From Octopus bimaculoides (taxonomy: Eukaryota), in contig NC_068984.1 in assembly GCF_001194135.2 (NCBI RefSeq), positions 119,120,572-119,184,571 of the forward strand: a stretch of 64,000 bases of DNA, written 5' to 3'. The stretch's first letter is position 1; every line of letters starts with the position of its first letter. The position numbers were made by a program, and so were the translations under genes. Positions 53,040 through 64,000 of the stretch are shown here, in pieces. Below the pieces are notes generated by a model. The model was not told where the DNA came from. It saw only the letters and a program-made list of their open reading frames with translations, and ran no database searches.

Positions 53040-53366
53040 CAGTGGTTCTTAACCTGAGTCTTGTTGTAACCATAAAAAAAATTCTACAAAATAAAGGCAA
53101 ATGTTAAAGCTACAATTCAGAATTAGTGAGGGTTTTGAGGGATATGAAGGGGTCAATAAGTACAGAAAATGGTAAGCAGCGCAAAGATAGTAGAATAAGA
53201 AAACTAAAGGTATAAGGCAATACTTTTGCATTTTTTCATAAACTTCTCATTATTTGATCATGCTCTAGTTAAGAGAATAACAAATATAATTAGAGAAATT
53301 CCTGTTTTTTCTCAAGGGCTCACATCCCACTTGGAAATTACTGATGCCCCCAGTTAAGAACCACTG
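53040..53366. mobile_element. hAT (Buster-like) MITE
   Basis: TIRs cagtggttcttaac / gttaagaaccactg, with a degenerate 8-bp nnnTAnnn duplication. Confidence 0.75.
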
Positions 53367-53399
53367 CTCTACAGAATATGCTCTGACATTTGAAAGCAT

Positions 53400-54440
53400 G
53401 CTCTCACCTTAAGGTAATGGAGACAGCCATTAACAACAACATTTTTCAGCACATTCAGTCTCTGTCTGACTCTCTCTTTTCAGTAACCACCAGTATAGCT
53501 TCTCTTATGTCACTTGCCAATGCTCTCTGACATTGGAGTTCAGAGAAAGCAATGTTGCTCATAAATACCAAGAAAGCCTTCAACTATGTCTGGAATGCAA
53601 ACCTCCAATCAAAATTTCCAGTTTATGTCTTCCACCCATCTCTCATGACTTGAACCAGTAGCTTTTGATGAAAATTTTTGATGAAAATTTTTGATGAAAA
53701 TTTTTGATGAAAATTTTTATTGAAATTTTTGATTAAAATGTTTGATGAAAATGTTTGATGAAAATTTTTGATGAAAATTTTTAACAGCAAAATAACAAGC
53801 ACTGCTCAAATCAAGAAAACACCACTGCAACATCCTCCCACTAAGTATGAACAGCACTCAGCTAGAGCCTTCAGTTCCTCTAAATGCTGGTCCTCCCTAT
53901 CACTGATAGTCTTTCCTGGTGAAAGTACATCCTTTATATAGCTAGAACCACATCCCAAAGACAGGCCCTTCTCTTTAGAGCAAAAGATATTTCATCCTGC
54001 AACAACTACTGACACTTTATAAGGCTCAAGTAAGTCCCACAATGAAGAACTGATTCCACATAAAGGAAAGTGTTGCTGTGATGTATATAGACATCCAGAG
54101 AAGAATCACTCACCTAATTAGTATTCAATCACTAACAGACACACTCCAGCTTTTGGCTTGCAAGCATGCTGTATCCTTTGTCTTTTCTATAATGGCCTCT
54201 GTTCCTTAGAACTAGCTAGTCTTGTACTTCCACTACACTGACACTCCTCAACCCATTCATCTTCCCATCTCTCATCACTCTTTGTGTGACCAAACAGCTC
54301 ATCCCTGCACTAACTATTATCCTCAGTCCTTTCTCCCTAGCATATCTGCTCTCTGGAATCTTCTTCTTACTCTTGTCCTTCCTACAGATGTTGGCACACA
54401 ACAGTTTAAATGGAACATTAATAGCATCAAGCTCACCGGT
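53400..54440 (+). mobile_element. Degraded CR1/L2-group LINE (RT and C-terminus)
   Basis: Decayed INTKKAFNYVWN (LDxKKAFDxVWH-type), LLTLYKAQV, and SALWNLL...FKWNINSI. Confidence 0.7.
53663..53782 (+). repeat. 13-bp minisatellite (tttttgatgaaaa) x about 9
   Basis: Directly visible tandem array inside the LINE relic. Confidence 0.95.
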
Positions 54441-54554
54441 CTCAGAGAGCCCACAAAGGCCATGTGATTATTATATATTCATCCCTCTCCACTGATTAGG
54501 CAGCAAAGTTAGTGGGGCACTTGGCAGAAAGCCTTAATATAAGACATGGAGAAG

Positions 54555-54755
54555 GTGGTGAGCTAGCAGAATCATTTGCATGTCAGGCAAAATATTTTGC
54601 TGCATTTTGTCTGTCTTTACATTCTGAGTTCAAATTCCACTGAGGCTGATTTTGCCCTTCATCCTTTTGGAGTTGATAAAATGAGCACTGGGGTCAATGT
54701 AATTGACTGACCCCCTCCCCTGAAATTACTGGTCTCATGCCAAAATTTGAAATGT
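54555..54755 (+). mobile_element. SINE family B copy
   Basis: Head and core with a small internal deletion. Confidence 0.75.
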
Positions 54756-54821
54756 GGGCAGCAATACTGAAGATGATATTTTATATATTTGTGTATTCTT
54801 CTATTACTTGATGTCAATATG

Positions 54822-55049
54822 TTAACCCTTTACATTCATAGTACTCTGTCAAATGTAATATTTATTTATTCCCATTGCTTAAAATTAATTAGGCAATTAT
54901 CTTGTAGATTTGATATCTTGGTGATGTGATTGTATATTTTTAGAATGATATTGTAAGGTAGGCGTGAGAGATTAAATCTGACCAGTTTAAACATAAAGTA
55001 GATAGAATATTTGGGTCAGTTATGACTGGTTTAAATGCTGAAGGGCTAA
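54822..55049. mobile_element. piggyBac-like MITE family 2, near complete
   Basis: ttaaccctttta... / ...tgctgaagggctaa ends. Related to 44006-44232, 40584-41045 and the minus-strand copy at about 25410-25550. Confidence 0.7.
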
Positions 55050-56370
55050 ATTTTGTCAACAGTACATCAATATACATAAAGTAGATGAAATTTTTGTTTG
55101 GATCTGTTGTTTGACAAACCTGACCAGGCAGTGCTTAGGAGCAACAATAAAATAGGTGGTACAGTGCAGAAATCTTAAGTGATGGTCATTTGTTACTCAA
55201 TTAAACAATCATCACATTCAAGTGCCAGAAAAAAAATTATGAAAGGAGGCTGAGACCAGCAGATCTGACTTTACTTTTTTTATCTTTTTACTAAAGCATC
55301 AAGAGAAATGGCCTACAGCTCAAAAGAATGATATTGTAGAAACTTCAACAGAATATAAGGTCAATATATTTATTCAATCCATGTATTACATATAGAGAAA
55401 TCAATGAATTTATATGAACATCAAATCCAAAGTACATTAAAAAGAAAGTAAGCAACTTACAATCAAGATATTAAATAGCCAATAAAATTCATACTGGAAT
55501 CAGCTGAAAACTGATACTACCAACACTTCCTTTTTAACAAGATAAGGAACATAAAACTTATTAACAGATTTAATAAAGGAAAATCTTAGAAGTTTTTTTT
55601 TCTCTTCATTAATATTTCTAGTTATGGAAATCATAAGCCATAATAGAAAGTATAGAAAATTGAGAGCAGGATCCATGTGTTTAGTTTCATAAATATTAAC
55701 AGTCACTTTTTAATCATCATGCAATGAAATACATTTTTGTTTTGTTTTTTTACATAAAGCACTAGAACTCTCTTCAACTGATTGTTTTAAATATATAGCT
55801 TTCCCACAGTGAGAATTCATTAGCATTTAAGTTTACACCCAAACTAGTTATGCAGATGCAAATGCTGCATTATTCAAAGTAAATTTCATGTCTAAATTTT
55901 TATCCATCATACATTGTTTTCTTTAGATGAAGTGAAATGCAGTGAAATAGTAAAGAAAATAACAAGTAGTCTGCATCAATCTTATAATGTTTGGAATAGT
56001 CCAATTTCCTCATTTTATTGTTTTTAAAAAGAGCCTTGATGTCCAAATACTAAAATATTGGAATCTTAAACAGTTATGATGAAAATAAAAAACTGAATCA
56101 TTTTAACTTCTACAAATAAGAAAAGCTTTGTACCATTAACACGTAAGAACAGAAAATTGAAAGAATTATTTAATTGAACAAAACATTTCAAGTAAATAAA
56201 TGGGAAAAAAAAATCAACTTTAAGTACTCTGAGAGCAAATAAGAAAATAAAAATTTACATTTGTAAATTGTTTTCTTTTTTTGCCAAAATAAAATCATTA
56301 ACTGTAGATATGAATAGTTAAAAAAAATTTGTAAAAATTCTATTTAAAAGACTGTTTCTTTTCAATATTT

Positions 56371-57408
56371 TTAAATCACTTGACATACTTCAAGCCGATG
56401 TTTATGTAAGTAACGCTTCTGAGCAAAAGCTCGACCACATTTTTCACAAAGAAAATTCTTGCTTTTAACAGTGTGAATTAACATATGCGAGCGTAAATTA
56501 GATTTGTCTGCAAATGCTCGATTACATCCATTATGTGTGCATTGAAATGGCCTTTCACCTGTATGTGTACGCATATGGCCTTTTAGAAGCCAAGAACGAG
56601 TAAAAATCTTTCCACAAATACCACACTTGTTTTTCTGATCAGAGTGAGACCGAGCATGAGCAGCAAGGGCTGAAAAGTTGTTGAAAGAGCGTTTGCATTT
56701 TAAACAGTTGTGACAGGATACATTAGTGTTCAACTCAAATGAATTATAAGGGTATAGTAATTCATTTACAGAAAACCTGGAGTAATCTGTTGAAACTTTT
56801 TGGTCAGAATCAGAATTTTGCTTCCCTCCTTTAGATGAATGGCTAATCAAGAAAGAGTGATTGGTAGAAACATATCTGTCACACAGCAACATATTGAGTG
56901 GTTCATATGTATAATGTTCACTTGGTTTAATACCTCCAGCCTTAATATTATCTTCTAAACAAAATGGATTCTCTCCAAGAGGTATATTATTTAGATATCG
57001 GGTTGTAATAGGCAAAGACTCAGCAAGATAGGACGTAGTTCTGGACATGTTTGTCAAGTTACTGATGTTTTTATTTATTTTATATGGGATCTCAGAGCAG
57101 TGGAACTTTAATTTTCGATTAGCAGCTGAAATCTTCTTGTTCAAAACATAGTTAAAATTCTGTTTGCAAATCACATCTTCCAAAGGTAGAGCAGATGTAT
57201 AGAAATCTGGAACATTACTATTGATATGAAAACGTGTCACAAAGGACATATTACTCAACGAAGTCTTTACTAATGTGTGATTATTGGATGTTGAGCTCTG
57301 TTCTTGGTATGAAGAATCATGGCAATTTAAAGTGTTCTGACAATAAGCTAATTGGTTGGAATGATGACCTTGCCTTTTAGTTATAACGCGTCCAGATCTG
57401 GTAACCAT
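56371..57408 (-). CDS. Snail/Scratch-superfamily C2H2 zinc-finger transcription factor (divergent, 4 fingers)
   Basis: 345-aa ORF. C-terminal fingers contain TRSWLLKGHMRTHTGERPF, AFADKSNLRSH and a final C2HC finger FAQKRYLHKHRLEVC. These match Snail/Scratch SRPWLLQGH, ADRSNLRAH and the terminal C2HC finger. Splice acceptor ttttacAG at 57427-57426 lies just upstream of the ATG. Confidence 0.92.
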   Translation of the reverse strand: MVTRSGRVITKRQGHHSNQLAYCQNTLNCHDSSYQEQSSTSNNHTLVKTSLSNMSFVTRFHINSNVPDFYTSALPLEDVICKQNFNYVLNKKISAANRKLKFHCSEIPYKINKNISNLTNMSRTTSYLAESLPITTRYLNNIPLGENPFCLEDNIKAGGIKPSEHYTYEPLNMLLCDRYVSTNHSFLISHSSKGGKQNSDSDQKVSTDYSRFSVNELLYPYNSFELNTNVSCHNCLKCKRSFNNFSALAAHARSHSDQKNKCGICGKIFTRSWLLKGHMRTHTGERPFQCTHNGCNRAFADKSNLRSHMLIHTVKSKNFLCEKCGRAFAQKRYLHKHRLEVCQVI

Positions 57409-58422
57409 AACACTGGGATCAAAAGCTGTAAAATATAAGTAGAAATTTATTATTATAAAACTGTAATTGTATAACTAAAACTAAATGCAAGTGATCCTGA
57501 GGTGATCTAAAGTAAGATTTTCTCACAAAATTAAAAAGCGAAACAAACCTCAAAAAGGAAAGACTAAACAGCCAAATATATTGCATGTGAGTTCCAAACT
57601 TTTTGCTAATATTTATATGTTTACTTAGCTGTTAAGGGTAGTTATCACATTAGCTGAGAATATTACATGCATTTCTCAATGTTCTTTCTTTCTGAACATC
57701 AGTTTGCATCAAATACTTCCTACTTGTTAGAAAAGTGTATCTTTTCATTCTTTTATCTGATAATTGTTATAATTATCAGATAAAAAATTAAGAGATTAAT
57801 AAAACATTCACCATTTCAACAAAACCTACTCCATGGAGAACTGTATAAAATCTTTTATTTACAATCCAAAATGTATTTATTTGTTTCAGCAGAATTAGGC
57901 ATTATATTGGGTCAAGGTGGAAATGCTTAACTGTATATGTCTATATTACTATTATCATTTTATCAACTAATTTCTATACTACATTAGAGAAAAAAAATTA
58001 CATACAATGTTTTATTAAGTAACTATAATTACAGTAAAGAATTCTTCAAACAAGTGAGTTCCATGAATCGAAAACGCACAAGCAATTCGAAAATGAATGT
58101 TTGAAACAGATGTAAGAAGAGCAATATATTGGAAATCGAAGCAGCCATCATGTAAAATATCATTACTATTCCAATGGCGCCTGCTTACATTTATTAATGT
58201 TCGTGTTTGTATGTTTGAGGAAAAGTATTCTATATAGAAACAGTGAGTAAATATTTATTGTAGTACTGAGATTATTCTATTATTACTTAGAATTTTGCGA
58301 GTAACGCTTACACACATACGGTAAGCGTACACCCCAGCATCCGCCAACTTTTGTTTCCTCATAACTTTCAGAAAAAGGAGAATTTTCGGTGAAAGTTCTT
58401 ACAAATACTTCTGAGGTAGTGT

Positions 58423-58559
58423 AGATTCTGATTATATCGGAATTTAATGTGAAAAAAAAGGGAGGGGGGCGAATGAAATTCGAAATTTTGAAGATAACTG
58501 TAATGTATGAGCGCCCATTTTTTTTCCTTTTCACATTAATTCCGATATAATCGTAATCT
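58423..58559. repeat. Hairpin about 1 kb upstream of the zinc-finger exon
   Basis: gattatatcggaatttaatgtgaaaa pairs with ttttcacattaattccgatataatc (one bulge). Inner gggcg/cgccc closes a loop of about 40 nt. Confidence 0.85.
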
Positions 58560-60387
58560 GTGAGGTATTTCTAGAAAAGTAAAAAAAATTAAAATTATTC
58601 ATTCTTTGTTTTCAAAGTTATGAGGAAATAAAATCATTGGAGGGACACGTGCGACAGAGAGAGAGAGAGAGAGAGAGAGTGTGTGTGTAACTTTCTGGGT
58701 CGTACAATCTTGAAATCTGCTTTTCCCTTTTATTGCTATTTCAACTAGTGAGAATGATATTGTGATAAGGTTAACTTGCTAAGACTCCTTTTAGAAGATA
58801 ATTATAGATTTCCCTCAAGAGCATTAGAAAATAGATCTAAATGTTAATAGACAACAGTATCGTCGAAACTGTCACGAAACTTATGCTGCATCGTGTCATT
58901 CGACATTATAATTCAATGAGAATCATGATTCAAGAGAGAAAAGAAAGATTCTGACAATTTGTTATGGTAACAAATATCTAAAGGCGACCAAAGGATGATT
59001 TTAATTGTTTTTTTCCCAATAATTATTTTCCATCAGCAATTCTTTATTTCCAACGAACATATTTTTAATCATTTGAGCGCGGAAGTTACTTTTGTCTGAG
59101 GCCTTTCTGGATTTTTAAGCGAAGCTTAAAGATAGAAGACACTGACAAAGTAAATATATTTTCAACGTTCAACAAGACAACTTGACTGGTAATATGATGA
59201 ACTTGAAGGAAAGAATTTAAAAAGCTATGACAAAATTCTGTTTGGACAAAATAAAAATAAAATAAGGATGAACAAATCTGAAAAAAAAAAAGACACGACA
59301 ACGTTGATATGGACAAAACCAGCCGAAGGAGAATCTGTAGTTGTTCGATCGAGTAAACCCTGTTCTATGTGACACATTCTACCAGAATCTGAAGTTTCAA
59401 AGTGTTTAGTTAAAAAAATTAATTAAAAAATCTGGCCGTCAAATTGAATAGATCAGTTCGATCTGCTAGAAATAGCAGTTAGAAGAAGGACACATTGAAT
59501 AATGTAGTCGTGGGCACACACTGTAAATGAAGAAAATCGTGACAGACATGGGCTATAAACCTCATTAGTATTAAACCAGATCAGTATTAACCGTAGCATA
59601 CAAGTGATGAAGGCAAACTATTTGAAAAAGGTCTCAAATAGAGTAACGCACAGTCTGTGTGTGTGTGTGTTATTCAAATTTGAAATGGTTTCTTTGCTTG
59701 GTCAAGGAAGGTTTATCCCAAACCGACATTTTCAGATGCAACTAAAACGGGACCATACAAATGTCGATCGACGTGTTAGAAATAGCAGCCAAACCCCTTC
59801 TATCTATCTAAAAGGACAGGTCGCATTAGGCAATATAATCCAAAGCCATTGGTTATAGGTCTGCTCGACTAAAGCTGACTTGGGATTTAATCAATAACAA
59901 TAACAAAGAAATTCCACAGAAACGAATTTAAAAAGCCAAAACAATAACCACTTAGTGAAATTACGAGGGCCTCCTTGTATTAAATGTTTGCGTTGTGGTG
60001 CTTATAAATCGATATTATATGGCCTTAAATGATCATTGTACGTCGAAGATAAAGTGGCTGAGTGTACGTAAAAAATGATACTGCTATGAAGATGGGCAGA
60101 CGTAACAGCTTGATGTGTGCACTATCTGCTGGGGTTATTTAATCACAGGCCGACTGATTAAACAGATCTATAAGCATAAACGTTCCAAGAATGATTATCC
60201 AATGTAGTCTTAGACAAAATCATTATTCAACACTCAATTGTGAGCTAAGGGAAATTTTGCGGCTATATTCTGCAGGCCGAACCACGTTAGAGGTTGGCTT
60301 ATTGACTGGTCTTTTCATAAATTATAAGCGTGTATACGTATATGCTTACGCATGCATATACGCACACACACACACACATATATACAT

Positions 60388-60444
<57 letters not shown>

Positions 60445-60512
60445 NNNNNNNNNNNNNNNNNNNNNNNNNNNNNNNNNNNNNNNNNNNNNNNNNNNNNNNN
60501 NNNNNNNNNNNN

Positions 60513-60855
60513 NTTTTTAGTCGAATGAATCGGTCCCAGAATTTACATTTTTGTTTTAAGCCTGGCACTAATTCTATCTGTCTCTTTTGCTGAACCGCTA
60601 TATTACGAGGACATAAACAAACCAGCACTGGTTGTCAAGCAGTGGAGAACAAACACAGATAGAGAGATACACACACACGCATAGATATATACATATATAT
60701 ACAAGAGACTTCTTTCAGTTTCCATTTACCAAATCCACTCACAAGGCTTTGGCCAGCCCGAGGCTATAGTAGAAGACACTTGCCCAAGGTGCCAAGCAGT
60801 GGGACTGAACCCAGAACCATGTGGTTGGGAAGCAAGCTTCTTAACACATAGCTAA
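60513..60855 (-). mobile_element. SINE family A copy
   Basis: Near-complete reverse complement of family A. Confidence 0.85.
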
Positions 60856-61484
60856 ACAAAATGGAGATGAACACCATTCCTCCATGTGATCGGCTTGAAA
60901 GAATTAAGATATTAAAATGCTTTTCTTAACATGAAACCAATGGTAGCCTTAATACACAAATAAAGAAATTCTATCAACCAATGGAGTGTTGAGCACTCAT
61001 TTTCATTGTTGGACATTTACGTATATATATAAACATATAGATAAGTATCTAAGAAAATTTTTTAGATAGATTGCTGTTTCTAATTGTGAAATAGGGAGGT
61101 TGCTTTGACTCCTCCCATGTCTGAGTAGCCATTTTCCATTTTCCAGAGGATTAGCACCTTGCACCTTTCTGCCTATGAAACGTTAAAGTAGTCGCTATGT
61201 AAATCAATCACTAAGTAGAGCTTAAATGACTTCAGTAATTTACATAGCATAAATATGTTGGGAGAGTAATTAAATACCTTACCTCACCTATCGCCCATTA
61301 CTGACCAGAATCCCCTGCACTGATGAATCGGGTGTGTTATGAACACATTTTCATGTTAAAGGAGCTGTTCTTTTGTGACGAACACAACAGCGATTAACAT
61401 ACTTGCATTCAAGACCACAGGAACGTATTAAGGAAAATATATAAGACATCGTACATGTGTGTGTTTAATGTACACTCTTCAACC

Positions 61485-62320
61485 TGCAGAGGCTACAGGA
61501 CGAGACCACGGTAGAGGAGGATTCAGTGCACGACTTCCTATTTTGTTCACAGATAACAGTGCACTCAAACACCGCCAGAGGCCCAGATGCAGCGGAGCAT
61601 GAACAGCTTTTCCACTGCCTGCTACAACTTTGGCCTCACACTCAGTACTCATAAGACAAAGGCACCCCTGACACCCACAAAAATACATATTGTCTACAAC
61701 AAACTTAAAAATAGTATCATCCCCCGCCTCTAACTACGCTAGTGGACAGAAGTCATGTACTAACCTGCCCCGCAGAAGTTGCATGTCGATTCAACTGTCA
61801 GTCGAAGGGGAAAACCTGAAGGTTGCACACTTTCCAGATCTGTGAACACTGATGATGAAGTTGACACATGCAACAAGAAGGGAAGTTCAGCATCCAGGCA
61901 GCTACGTGAATCGGTGTGAGAGAGGAGAGGCATTAGACTGGCTACCAAGTTGAAGAGGTACCAAAACAATTGGACTGCTTACGCTACTACATGCCTGCGA
62001 GACTTGGACGGTTTACGAATGCCACGCAAAAATGCTAAACTACTTCCACATGAACTGCTTATAAAAGCTGTTGAAAATCACTAGGCAAGATAAGGTCCCA
62101 GATACGGAGCCTTCCTCTCTAGCTGATTTGCCAAGCACTTACACACTTCTGAAGAGAGCGCAAGTCAAGTGGGCAGGCCACATTGTTCGAATGCTTGACA
62201 CGCGACTTCCCAAGAGACAATTTCACAGTGAACAGGCAGAGGTAAACACAAGCAAGGTGGACAGAAAAAGTACTTCAAGGATACATTCAAGCCTCACTGA
62301 AGATCAATTTGGTGGTCTGG
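61485..62320 (+). mobile_element. Degraded RTE-clade (BovB-like) LINE fragment
   Basis: Translates to QMQRSMNSFSTACYNFGLT and RQDKVPDTE...RAQVKWAGHIVRMLDTRLPKR. Confidence 0.75.
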
Positions 62321-62723
62321 CGCAGGTGTGATCCATTATGATTTCATTAAACCTGGCTCATCAATCATGGCTGAAGTATACTACAGCCAACTGGACCAAA
62401 TGATGCAGAAACTTCCACCATACTCACCTGATCTTGCCCCCACTGACTACCACTTCTTCCAGAATTTGGATAACTTTTTGATAAGAAAAAAATTTAATTC
62501 TGACAAGGCTGTAAAACAGGCCTTCCAAAATTTTACTGACTCTAGATTGCCAGGCTTTTACAGTTCCAGGCTGGACAAGCTACCAGTGAAATAGCAAAAG
62601 CGTATTGACAATATGGGTGCAGACTTTGATGAATAAAACTATTCCTTGTATTTATAAAACATTAGCAAACATTTTTTTCTTTTCTCCAAATTTCATACTT
62701 GACGATTATTCAAAAACCTAATA
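62320..62723 (+). mobile_element. Mariner transposase 3' fragment with right TIR
   Basis: Translates to GVIHYDFIKPG...PPYSPDLAPTDYHFF...GADFDE*. Has an internal deletion and ends caaaaacctaa-ta. Confidence 0.85.
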
Positions 62724-63060
62724 TTTCAAATCACAATAATATTTTCAAATAAGAAAAATGCACTAAATAATGTAGTTTGGGATTAGGAGATGTCTGGAAA
62801 TGAAAAAGAAAACAGGAGTGATCATGGTTGGACATCTTTGATCATAGATCTGCTGTATAAGGTCTGGTCTGGAACTAAACAACATCAACTTACAATGAAA
62901 TCAAAACTTGCATCTCACAGCAAAATGCCTGTGGACATTGTTGGTCAGTGATAGAATCCTTTTAAGAGAGAGAGGGGGAGAAAAAGAATGGGAGAATGAA
63001 CAGATATGTGCGTGTCTGTGTGTGCATGCATGCTTCTGCTAAATATTAAATATATATATA

Positions 63061-63152
63061 ATCATCATCATCGTCGTTTAACATTCGCTTTCCATGCTAG
63101 CATGGGTTGGACGATTTGACTGAGGACTGGTGAAACCAGATGGCTCACCAAA
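63061..63152 (-). mobile_element. Short RTE 3' end
   Basis: Same tail as 7381 and 35690, lying next to (TA)n. Confidence 0.8.
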
Positions 63153-63180
63153 CCTATATAGTTGTGTGTGTGTATGTGTG

Positions 63181-63228
<48 letters not shown>

Positions 63229-63310
63229 NNNNNNNNNNNNNNNNNNNNNNNNNNNNNNNNNNNNNNNNNNNNNNNNNNNNNNNNNNNNNNNNNNNNNNNN
63301 NNNNNNATAT

Positions 63311-63344
<34 letters not shown>

Positions 63345-63748
63345 GTATATATACACACACGTTTTTTTTTTTAGATTATTTTTAATCAATAGAAAATTAC
63401 AAAAGTGATTTAGGGACCGAGAGCTATGTGCATGCATACATGTATGAGTGTAAGTTAATATTTGTGCAAGAAAGTATTTGAACGTTTTTATGAACATATG
63501 TTTCTACTTAATACTACATAAGCATAGGTGTGATAGCAGCAGCAGCAGTAGTAATAATAGTCCTTCTCAAACTCCAATTGTCTATATCCGAATATTTTTT
63601 GGGAAGTAGTTTCAAGAGGGAAACTTAATGTAAGAACATTTTTTACGCCCACAGAGACATAACATATGTGTATACATAAGTATACGTACATACATAACAA
63701 ATGATAGAGACAGAAAATGGAATATACGAGAAACTTTATTGCTCACAA

Positions 63749-63978
63749 GGTGGCAAGCTGGCAGAAACGTTAGCACGTCGGGCGAAATGCTTAGCGGTAT
63801 TTCGTCTGCTGCTACGTTCTGAGTTCAAATTCCGCCGAGGTCGACTTTGCTTTTCATCCTTTTGGGGTCGATAAATTAAGTACCAGTTACGCACTGGGGT
63901 CGATGTAATCGACTTAATCCCTTTGTTTGTCCTTGTTTGTTCCCTCTATGTTTAGCCCCTTGTGGGCAATAAAGAAAT
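63749..63978 (+). mobile_element. Young full-length SINE family B
   Basis: Perfect 21-bp target duplication gagaaactttattgctcacaa (63728-63748 / 63979-63999). CpGs are intact. Confidence 0.93.
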
Positions 63979-64000
63979 GAGAAACTTTATTGCTCACAAC

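Noticed and set aside
53663-53782. Tandem arrays as CRISPR candidates (also 1595-1695, 3490-3560 and 41101-41250)
   Set aside because: No unique spacers, no cas genes, and a eukaryotic repeat context.
58412-58433. tgaggtagtgtagatt resembles let-7
   Set aside because: Only the first 9 nt match, there is no let-7 3' arm, and it lies mostly outside the local hairpin stem.
57430-64000. Upstream SNAG-encoding exon for the zinc-finger gene
   Set aside because: Minus-strand ATG-CC starts give MPNSAE* or lie in LINE sequence; no MPRSFLV-like peptide was found.

Overview
Repeat-rich, AT-rich animal genomic DNA from a gapped scaffold (many N runs, abundant (TA)n/(CA)n/(TACA)n microsatellites). The SINE and RTE families resemble those I recall from octopus; this is inferred from memory, not searched. 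Two protein-coding genes are well supported, both on the minus strand. (1) A secreted purple acid phosphatase: I assembled it from a 1,246-nt coding exon (17242-15997) and a terminal exon missed by the ORF track (8500-8322), giving 474 aa with all seven metal ligands intact. (2) A divergent Snail/Scratch-superfamily C2H2 zinc-finger gene (57408-56371) with four fingers and no visible SNAG domain. The rest is mobile DNA: RTE LINEs (one carrying a PHD-type C4HC3 finger inside its ORF), CR1/L2-type LINE relics, at least three tRNA-derived SINE families, and hAT, mariner, piggyBac-like and Tigger-like elements. Four long fold-back structures stand out, including a perfect 197-bp inverted duplication of a decayed hAT transposase. 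There are no prokaryotic systems, CRISPR arrays, rRNA or true tRNA genes. Most ORF-track entries are microsatellite or N-gap artefacts.
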